A stretch of 31,896 nucleotides of DNA from Ancylonema sp. (Eukaryota): assembly GCA_050230475.1 (NCBI GenBank), contig JBFLGF010000093.1, forward strand, positions 124,001 to 155,896, written 5' to 3'. The notes under the pieces are model-generated. The model made no database searches. It was not told where the DNA came from and saw only the letters and a program-made list of their open reading frames with translations. The translations under genes were made by a program, and so were the position numbers. Shown here piece after piece: positions 1 through 9,116 of the stretch. Numbering within the stretch: the first letter of the stretch is position 1; each line of letters begins with the position of its first letter.

Positions 1-1485
1 CCAAAAGGACCTATCAGATCTAGATGCAACCTCCCCATTTTTGGCATAGTGGCCACATCATCGCTGCCATTGCATGCCCCCTCTGTCCCATTTCCCTACA
101 ACAGATCTCACAATCTCTTACCTCAGTCAATTCTTCTTGACTCAGTCTCGGTATGTCTCCACGTCTGGCCATGTCTGACATGGCTGGTATACCAGGGTGA
201 CCCAGTTTGCCATGCCAGAGCATGCCTATGGATAGATTTGCTTGCAGACCAGATGAACCAGGCATGATGATAGATGCATGCAACAATGACAGATCATTCC
301 TCTGCCTGTTGACATCATCCCATTTCTGTCCATTCTTAGTGAGTTTAGGGCCATGTGGGGTCTCGGCTAAGCTCAGCCCACCTCTCTGGACGAGGCAATC
401 GGTGGACACTAGGGTCGCAGCGAATGTAGGGACGTGCAGAGCAGTGAGAGGGACGATGAAGAAGGAGTCGTCGTTCTTCACTCGAACGTGCACGAAGCCC
501 GTCCCCTCGACCTTGTGAGGCGTGCCATCAGCCGTGTGGATGAATGAATGCTGCATCGGGACGTTGGTGTCGTACTCGACGAAGTGGTCTTTGTTTGTGA
601 AGACGTGATCGGTCGAGCCTGAATCAAGCCACAGATGCGAGCAGTTCCAACTGCAAATCCGTGCGTGAGATGAGAATGTTGCATAGGCAAGGGATTTGGA
701 TGCATCGAAGGGTGTGTCTGGACGTGCAGCAAGTCTAGCCTGAGCTTGATCACGAAGATTAGAATCTCAGGTGCAGCCAATGCCAGGTCAGAGCTACGCT
801 TCATGCATTCTACCAATGTGTGCCCGAGCTTATCACAGTATCTGCATTTGGGTGTCGGACTGCCACTTCCCTGGCCAGCCGATCTTCCACCTCCCCCTTG
901 CCGTTGCTGTCCACATTGCGACAGCTTGTGGCCGATCTGGTTGCAGCCATGGCACCCACCTCATTTACGTGTAGGGCAGTCCGATTTTAGGTGACCATGC
1001 TGGTTGCAGCCGTAGCACTGAATTCTCGACATGTCGCGACGTCCGGGACCGCCACTCCCACCAGGTCGACTTGGGCCAGCTCCGGAGGCCCGAGTAACCC
1101 CCTTTCCCCACGAAATTAGGGCCTGCTGCCCTCCCGGCAGCCTGGCAGCGCCCCTCTCTTCCGGCTCCCGTCGATCGCCAGCTGACAAAGTGCTGACGGC
1201 CTGAGGGATCGTGAAGAGTGTTGGCGCAAAAATTGCCTAAGACATCACACTCTCCACGCGCGCGCTGTAGCGAGTGTTAAGGGAATTCAAAAAGTTGATC
1301 GTCTGCGTCGCAGGCTTGACTGGCTCTCCCAGATGCCCCAGACGATCGTGCAGCTCCTGAAGCCGCCGCTTAACGTAGTCGCTCAAGTCCTCCGCCTCTC
1401 CCATGATAATCGCCGTGAGCTCAGCCTCAGCGTTGGCGATCTTAATGGCTCCCTGAATGTCGTAGAAGGCTTTCAGGGCGTCCCA
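1..1485 (-). pseudogene. Element A gag-pol fragment: gag C-terminus with CCHC knuckles, protease, GAG-pre-integrase, integrase start
   Basis: Minus-strand peptides DALKAFYDIQGAIKIANAEAEL, CYGCNQHGHLKSDC, LWLDSGSTDHVF, LWHGKLGHPG and CEICC, with several frameshifts. Confidence 0.92.
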
Positions 1486-1939
1486 GTAGGAATTATATCG
1501 GATAGCCATGTTTGCTAGTGTGCTAGTCCGGACTACCGGTTAGTGTAACCGGTAGGATTCCTAGGGTGAGCTTATACTGAGGGGCCGGACTGATGTCCGG
1601 GTACCCGAATATGACGTTTCGATTGTGCCGTTTGTAGCACGTGCGGTCTAGATGGTTCCGAATCTAGACGTTATGTCTTGTCACACTGTCCGGCATGTGC
1701 CGTTGTCAGGACTGACTGTTGTTATGTTTTTGATAGGCCGACGGTCCATCGATACGACCGTCGGCACGCTTTGTAGATTCTTGTTTTGGACGAGGCATCG
1801 TGGTATACCTACACGATGCCGACCATTCAATAATAATTCTACACAATACTTGTCATTTATCATTTCTCTTTGAGAGACGTAGTTCCTTGTACGGAAAGAT
1901 TCACACGATCTTGCACACCTATCACGTAACATCGCTAAA
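1486..1939 (+). repeat. 5' LTR of element B
   Basis: Runs from gtaggaattatatcggatagcc to cacgtaacatcgctaaa (the terminal T is missing). Homologous to 7104-7557 and to the reverse complement of 8147-8603. Confidence 0.93.
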
Positions 1940-1952
1940 GGTTATGGGCCCA
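1940..1952 (+). promoter_or_regulatory. Primer-binding site of half-tRNA(iMet) type (element B)
   Basis: ggttatgggccca directly follows the LTR and matches the Drosophila copia-type PBS, which pairs with the internal anticodon arm of initiator tRNA-Met. Confidence 0.88.
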
Positions 1953-2158
1953 CAAGCGGTCTAGTTAAAGACGCTCTGTCAATAACTACAGGCATTCCTC
2001 GCTGCTAAGAGACTCTGAGGTTAGTTCTTGTTATTAAGTACTGCACGTAATCCTTCGAATTGCGCTGCCAGTGAGTGAGGTGTGAGCTGCGCTGCACGAG
2101 ACACGCTCAAGGAAGCAGCCGAGAGCTGATCATCAGATATATTTAGCTGCTGCCTACC

Positions 2159-5100
2159 ATGACGGAAAAATCATACATTCCGGTCTTCACAGGAGCAGAC
2201 CACAAAGGGTGGGCTTTTAAAATTAAGTTCGGTCTGGCTGACAAGGAGCTGCATGACATTGTCATGATTGGGGCAAATCCCCGAGTCAAGCGGAACCTGT
2301 CGTGTCTCCACTACTCACGCAGAACGAGCTCGATGCACTGGATGCTGCGGACGTCGCTCGAACGGTCACGGCACGCACCCAGCTCATCGGTCGACAGACT
2401 CTCCCTCCTTCGAGAGGTCTGGTCGAAGAAGAATATCGATCGCTGGCGTTACATCGTCAAACACCTCCAGACGGGGGAGCTGACGCATGTGAGGACGTAC
2501 GAAACTGCGAGACTGCAGCGGATATGTGGGACGCCCTGAAAGCCTTCTACGACATTCATGGAGCCATTGAGATCGCCAACGCTGAGGCTGAGCTCACGGC
2601 GATTATCATGGGAGAGGCGGAGGACCTGAGCGACTACGTTAAGCGACTTCAGGCAGGAGCTGCACGATCGTCTGGGGCACCTGGGAGAGCCAGTAAAGCC
2701 TGCAAAGCAGACGATCAACTTTCTGAACTCCCTTAACACTCGCTACAGCTCGCGCGTGGAGATGTCTTGGGCAGTTTCTGCGCCAGCACTCTTCACTCCC
2801 TCAGGCTGTCAGCACTTTGTCAGCTGGCGATCGACGGGGTCTGCAACGACCGGAGAAACGACCGGAAGAGAGGGGCGCTGCCGGGAGGGCTCGTGGGAAA
2901 AGGGGGTTACTCGGGAAGCTTTGGAGCTGGCCCAAGTGGACCAAGTGGGAGTGGCGGTCCCGGAAGTCGCGACATGTCGAGAATTCAGTGCTACGGCTGC
3001 AACCAGCACGGTCACCTGAGATCAGACTGCCCTTCACGTCCGCAAATGAGGTGCCATGGCTGCAACCAGATCGGCCACAAACTGTCGCAATGCGGACAGC
3101 AACGGCATGGGGGAGGTGGAAGATCGGCTGACCAGGGAAGTGGCAGTCCGAAACTCAAATGCAGATACTGTGATAAGCTCGGGCACACATTGAATGCATG
3201 AGGCGTAAATCTGACCTGGCATTGGCTGCACCTGATTCTAATCTTCGTGATCAAGCGCAGGCTAGACTTGCTGCACGTCTAGACACACCCTTCGATGCAT
3301 CCAAATCCCTTGCCTATGCAACATTCTCATCTGACGCAAGGATTTTCATGGCAGCTGGAACTGATTGCTCGCATCTGTGGCTTGATTCAGGCTCGACCGA
3401 TCACGTCTTCATAAGCAGAGACCACTTCGTCGAGTACGACACCAACGTCCCGATGCAGCATTCATTCATCCACACGGCCGATGGCACGCCTCACAAGGTC
3501 GAGGTGACAGGCTTCGTGCACGTGAAAGTGAAGAACGACGACTCCTCTTTCGTCGTCCCTCTCGCTGCTCTGCTCGTCCCTACATTCGATGCGACCCTGG
3601 TGTCCACCGACTGCCTCGTCCAGAGAGGTGGGCTGAGCTTTGCCCAGACCCCACATGGCCCCAAATTGACTAAGAATGGACTGATCTGTCGTTGCTGCAT
3701 GCGTCTGTTGGTTTGTCATTGCTGCATGCATCCATCATCATGCCTCATCTGGTTTGCAAGCAAATCTGTCCATAGGCATGCTCTGGCACGGCAAGCTGGG
3801 TCACCCTGGTGTTCCAGCCATGTCAGACATGGCCAGACGTGGAGACATACCGAGACTGAGTCAGGAAGAGTTAACTGAGGTTAGAGATTGTGAGATCTGC
3901 TGTATGGGGAAGATGGGACAGAGGGGGCATGCACTAGCTAGCAATGATGTGGCCACTATGCCAAAAATGGGAAGGTTGCATCTAGATCTGATAGGTCCTT
4001 TTGGAGTCAGGTCAATGCACGGAGGTTTTGATTATGCACAGACTGGGATAGAGTTCACTTCTAGACTGTCAACAGTATCTCTTCTCAAGCACAAGAGCGA
4101 TGCTCTCACTCAAACGCGCATCATTGTACAGAAACTGGAGGTTGAGTGAGGACTGCCGTTAAAGTCGATCGGGAATATACCAGCAAGGAGTAGGAGTGGA
4201 AAGGCTATTGTGAGAAAAAAGGCATCAAACATGAATTGATTGCCCCCTATAGTCCTCAGCAGAACGGCATGTGTGAAAGACTGAACCGAACACTGATGGA
4301 GAAGATGAGATGTTTGCTGATGTGGTCTAAAGTGCCTAAATCATATTGGGATGTGGCATTGTTGCATGCAAACTGGCTAAGGAACATGACCCCCACTAGT
4401 ACATTGACAGGGGGGATACCTATTGAGAAGTGGACGGGACGCCAAATCAAACTAGACAGAAGTCACACATTTGGCTGCCTAGTGCAGTATTTAAAAGTTG
4501 GGCATGATAAAAACACTCAAGGGGACAAATATGTTGCCAGGACTGCTTTTGGGGTATTCGTTGAGCTGGCAGCAGATCAAGCTGGTTACAACATCTTCGA
4601 CCCGCTCAAAGCCGGTGTGATGGTGCGGACAGACGTCCGTTTCTTTGAGGAAGTGCCGGGGTACCCGAGACTCATGGGAGGGAGAGCTCCCCAGGTCGAG
4701 GCCAAAGCAGATGGACACTTTTTCCAGCTATTCCCCGACACGGATGATGAGCCTAAGGCTGGAGGGGTGCCAGGACAAGCAGCAGTGCCAGGAGCAGTGC
4801 CAGCAGCAGAGCCAGCAGCAATGCCAGCAGCAGCAGCCGCCCACAACAACCCAGGAGCCTAGATCCCAGCATTACAGTTTCCGCCACCACCAGCTGCTGA
4901 GGTCCCCATCGCTGTGATTGAGCTGTCTGACAGCCAATCTGGAATCAACAACGTAGGTGTGGCAGGCGAGGAGGAGGAAATTCAAGGAGGGGGTGAAGAG
5001 GGGGGGTAAGGGGTGAATGCTGGGAGCATAGTTGAGAGAGTAATGGGAAGGAGGAGGGCAAACTTTTCCCACTTTGGAGATGTCCTCTGATATGATGGGG

Positions 5101-6425
5101 AGGAGTGTTCGATGACCAGGCGCTGGAAGCAGCCATTCAGGACAAAGAGTGGGAGGCAACATGCTTCTTCAGAGGCTTCAACGGCCCCTCTGACCCTGGA
5201 CTGCATGGTGGCCATCTGCTGACTCCTCCGACCCTCTGACGCTGAACCAGGCCATGACGAGGCCAAACTGGGATCAGTGGTTAGCTCTATCCAGGAGGAG
5301 CTGAAAAGCTTGGGGGGAATTTAACACCTTCGAGGTGTGTGAACTTCCACCACGTAAAAGGGCTGTGGGGTGCAAATATGTATTCAAAACAAAATACACA
5401 CCCAAGGATCCCTTGATAGATATAAAGTCAGTCTGGTCGCTCAGGGTTTTCTACAACAAGAAGAAGTTGATTATAATGAAATATTCGCACCTGTAGTAGA
5501 TAGTACCTCTGTATCTCTTCTACTGCTATTGCGAATTAGGAGGGTTGGGAAATTGAACAGATGGATGTGGTGACTGCTTTCTTGCACGGAAGACTGACCG
5601 AAGAAGTATATATGAAAACCACCATTCATGGAGAGAGGGAAAAGTTTTGAGAATGAGGGGGGCACTGTACGGACTGAAACAGAGTAGCAAGGTCTGGGGT
5701 GAGATGTTCACAGCCCTCATGCTCAGTATAGGGTTCAAACAGTGCATTATGGACACATACATATACACCAGGGGGACAGGACAGTCACGAATCATAGTGG
5801 GGATACATATAGATGATCAAGTGATAGTTGGTCCAAACACCATGGTCGTTAAAGCATTCAAATAGGAACTGTCTGGAAAATTTAAAATGAAGGATTTTGG
5901 GCCCCTAACCCATATCCTGGGGGTGGAAGTGAAAAGGGACAGACAACAGGGGGTGCTCACGTTGCATCAGGGGAGGTTCATAAAGCAAGTTCTGGAACGT
6001 TTTGGCATAGCAAACTGTAACCCTACAAAACTACCCTTACCACCTGGGCTGACATTTCACCAAGAAGATGAACCTCTAACCCCCCCTACACTGAACAGAT
6101 AACTGAATTCCGGGGAAAATTGGGTCACTCATTTATGCAACGAAACACACCAGACGGATATTCGCATGCACGGGGGTACTGGCAAAACACATGGGGAATC
6201 CTGGGACTGCTCACACATAAAAGCCTTACACCAACTGTTCAGATATTTAAGGGGAACAATGGATCACGGAATATGCTACGTTAGGCGGGTTAACCCAGAA
6301 TTGGAAGGCTGAAGTATGTGTATCTGGCAGGGGCCAATCAACCAGCCGATATGTTCACTAAGGCTCTTCCACAGGTCTTGCTTGACAGACAAGGAAAGTA
6401 TATAGGTTTTGGGAGGGTTCACTGA
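2159..6425 (+). pseudogene. Element B gag-pol polyprotein, with frameshifts, stops and most of RNase H deleted
   Basis: MTEKSYIPVF start, 3 CCHC knuckles, LDSGSTDH protease, integrase LHLDLIGP and PQQNGMCERLNRTL, RT LVAQGF, ALYGLKQS and IHIDDQ, then the QPADMFTKAL tail. Confidence 0.93.
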
Positions 6426-6710
6426 AATGGGGGTGCATATGAGATTCTGGGGATTTTCAGCTGCCATGCTATGTTTGGCAGGGGGTGTATGTTCTGCTGT
6501 TTTCTTCTTGCAGAATGCACCTGTGGAGGGCCCTCAACGCTTGTCTATCCAGCTAAGTCACCCCACTCTTTTTCTGCCCTGAAAACACTAAAGGACACCT
6601 GAAAAGTTGCAGATCTGCTTGCATCTAGAGTTGTCAGTTGTTCATGAATTCTGGCACATGTGTTTCCATTCATATTATGGATGTTGTGTGAAAATTTCAA
6701 TTGTTTTGGT

Positions 6711-6778
6711 GAAGTTTTGAGAAAGTTATGAAGTTTTGAGAAAGTTGTCAATTTATGAGAAAGTTGTGATGTTTTGAG
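6711..6778 (+). repeat. About 19-bp tandem repeat (gaagttttgagaaagttrt-like, about 3.5 copies) in the 3' non-coding region of B
   Basis: Repeated gagaaagtt cores are visible directly. Confidence 0.7.
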
Positions 6779-7094
6779 TATTTCAAGTTATTCGGAGAAA
6801 ACTGCAGAAAGTTGACTTGTTGGTCATTTTTGTATTACCCTAACTTGTGGTATTTGTTTGTATGTTCAGGGCTCCGGCCCGAAAAAAAGACTAAGGATCT
6901 GGAGCTATCGACTTCTGGAGTTCCGATTTCTGGAGTTCCGATCGGCTTCCGATCGGCTGTGATTTTAGATAGGGCCCCCTAGCACATTTGTACCTTACTA
7001 CCCCATGGGGCTATGGCAATGGTTTTGCCATGACTTAGCTGTAGATAGGGTAGTCCCTTGGTGCTGACTCAATGCCAAACTTGGCATGGCATCC

Positions 7095-7103
7095 GAGGGG
7101 GTG
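7095..7103 (+). promoter_or_regulatory. Polypurine tract of B
   Basis: gagggggtg lies immediately before the 3' LTR. The identical motif precedes the 3' LTRs of C (14781) and D (15810). Confidence 0.88.
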
Positions 7104-7557
7104 TGTAGGAATTATATCGGATAGCCATGTTTGCTAGTGTGCTGGCTAGCGTGCTAGTCCGGACTGCCGGTTAGTGTAACCGGTTGTGCTTATAATGAGG
7201 GGCCGGACTTATGTCCGGGCCCCCGAATATGACGTTTCGGTTGTACCGTTTGTAGCACGAGCGGTCTAGATGGTTCCGAATCTATACGTTATGTTTTGTC
7301 AGACTATCCGGCGTGTGCCGTTGACAGGATCTGACTGTTGTTGAGTTATGATAGGCCGACGGTTCGCAGACACGACCGTCGGCAGCTTTGTAGATTCATG
7401 TTGTGGACAGGCATCGTGGTATACCTACACGATGCCGACCATTCAAGATTATTCTTCCAACTCAACACTTTGTCATTGATCACTTCTGAGAGACGTAAGT
7501 TCCTTGTACGGAAAGAATCACACTGCCTCGCACCCCGATCACGTAACATCCCTAAAA
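7104..7557 (+). repeat. 3' LTR of element B
   Basis: Runs from tgtaggaattatatcgg to cacgtaacatccctaaaa. Confidence 0.93.
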
Positions 7558-7923
7558 GGCGTCCCACATATCCGCTGCCGTCTCGCAGTTTCGTACGTGC
7601 GTCAGCTCCCCCGTCTGGAGGTGTTTGACGATGTACGCCATCGCAGCGTTAGTCTTCTTCGACCAGACCTCTCGAAGGAGAGTCTGTCGACCGATGAGCT
7701 AGGTGCGTACCGTGACCGTTCTAGCGACGTCCGCAGCATCCAGCGTATCGAGCTCATCTTGCGTGATTGGTGGAGACACGACAGGTTCTGCTTGCCTCGG
7801 GGATTTGCCCCAATCCATGACAATGTCATGTAGCTCCTTGTCAGCCAAACCGAACTTAATTTTAAAAGCCCAGCCTTTGTAGTCTGCTCGTGTGAAGACC
7901 GGAATGTATGACTGTTCCGTCAT
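7558..7923 (-). pseudogene. Element A gag N-terminus
   Basis: MTEQSYIPVFTRADYKGWAFKIKFGLADKELHDIV is near-identical to the B gag start and is frameshifted downstream. Confidence 0.92.
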
Positions 7924-8133
7924 GTTAGGCAGCAGCTATATTCTTATGATGATCAGCTCTCAGCTGCTTCCTTGAGCGTGTTTCGTGCAGCGCAGCTCAC
8001 ACCTCAGTTACTGGCAGCGCAATTCGAAGGATTACGTGCAGTACTTAATAACCCCAACCTCAGAGTCTCTTAGTAGCGAATCGCGTGGAATGCCTGTAGT
8101 TTATAGACAGAGCGTCTTTAACTAGACCGCCTG

Positions 8134-8146
8134 TGGGCCCATAACC
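8134..8146 (-). promoter_or_regulatory. PBS of element A (half-tRNA iMet type)
   Basis: tgggcccataacc on the plus strand reads ggttatgggccca on the minus strand, adjacent to the LTR. Confidence 0.88.
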
Positions 8147-8603
8147 TTTTAGCGATGTTACGTGATAGGTGTGCAAGATCGTGTGAACTTTCCGTACAAG
8201 AAACTTCGTCTCTCAAAGATGATCAATGACAAGTATTGTGTTGGAAGAAATTATTATTGAATGGTCGGCATCGTGTAGGTATACCACGATGCCTCGTCCA
8301 AAACAAGAATCTACAAAGTGTGCCGACGGTCGTATATGCGGACCGTCGGCCTATCATAACACAACAACAGTCAGATCCTGACAACGGCACATGCCGGACA
8401 GTCTGACAAGACAATAACGTCTAGATTCGGAACCATCTAGACCGCACGTGCTACAAACGGCACAACACAATCGAAACATTCGGGTGCCCGGACATAAGTC
8501 CGGCCCCTCAACATAAGCACACCCTAGGAATCCTACCGGTTACACTAACCGGTAGTCCGGACTAGCACACTTGCAAACATGGCTATCCGATATAATTCCT
8601 ACA
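8147..8603 (-). repeat. 5' LTR of element A
   Basis: The reverse complement begins tgtaggaattatatcggatagcc at 8603 and ends catcgctaaaa. Confidence 0.93.
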
Positions 8604-8648
8604 TCATGTTGGCCAAGCTGATGCAAATACTGAGCGGATTGAAAGCTG

Positions 8649-9104
8649 TGTTGGAATATTTTGGATAGCCATATGTTATGCTTGCTAGTCCAGTTGTAAC
8701 CGGTTACTCTAACCGGGAGCGATATTCCTAGATATGCTTATATGCGGGGCCGGGCACGTTTGTGTCCGGGCACCTGACATGTTGCCGACACTTAGAGACG
8801 TTATTTGTTTGACGTGTCGTGATTGGCTTGTTTAGTCGTGTCAAAAATGTCCGGCATGTGCCGTTGACACGTAGATGAGTTGTCACTCAACGATAGGCCG
8901 ACGGTCAATTGTGCCGACCGTCGGCACACATCGATTTGTAAAGTGCATCGGGTATTACCATCCCCGATGCGATCACAATAATAATTCGTTCCACACACGC
9001 ATCTCCTGTCTCGTTGATCATCAGTGATAGAGATCCTTTTGTACGGTTCGTTTTGTCGGCCCACCAAATTCATCCTGCACGTCTAATCCCTCAAAAGCTT
9101 ATTA
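8649..9104 (+). repeat. 5' LTR of element C
   Basis: Runs from tgttggaatattttggatagcc to ctcaaaagcttatta; direct repeat of 14790-15233. Confidence 0.9.
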
Positions 9105-9116
9105 GGTTATGGGCCC
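9105..9116 (+). promoter_or_regulatory. PBS of element C (half-tRNA iMet type)
   Basis: ggttatgggccc follows the 5' LTR. Confidence 0.87.

Larger units (their letters stand above)
1486..7557 (+). mobile_element. Ty1/copia LTR retrotransposon B, full length but decayed, nested antisense in A
   Basis: Two LTRs of about 455 bp, PBS, PPT and copia domain order gag-PR-IN-RT-RH. The A gag sequence resumes on both sides, with ggcgtccca duplicated at 1477-1485 and 7558-7566. Confidence 0.95.
1..8603 (-). mobile_element. Ty1/copia LTR retrotransposon A (5' portion; continues off the left edge; interrupted by element B)
   Basis: 1-1485 is the reverse complement of B about 2529-4003, and 7558-8603 is the reverse complement of B about 1486-2537. 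The minus strand shows LTR, PBS, then gag start MTEQSYIPVF at 7923. Confidence 0.93.
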
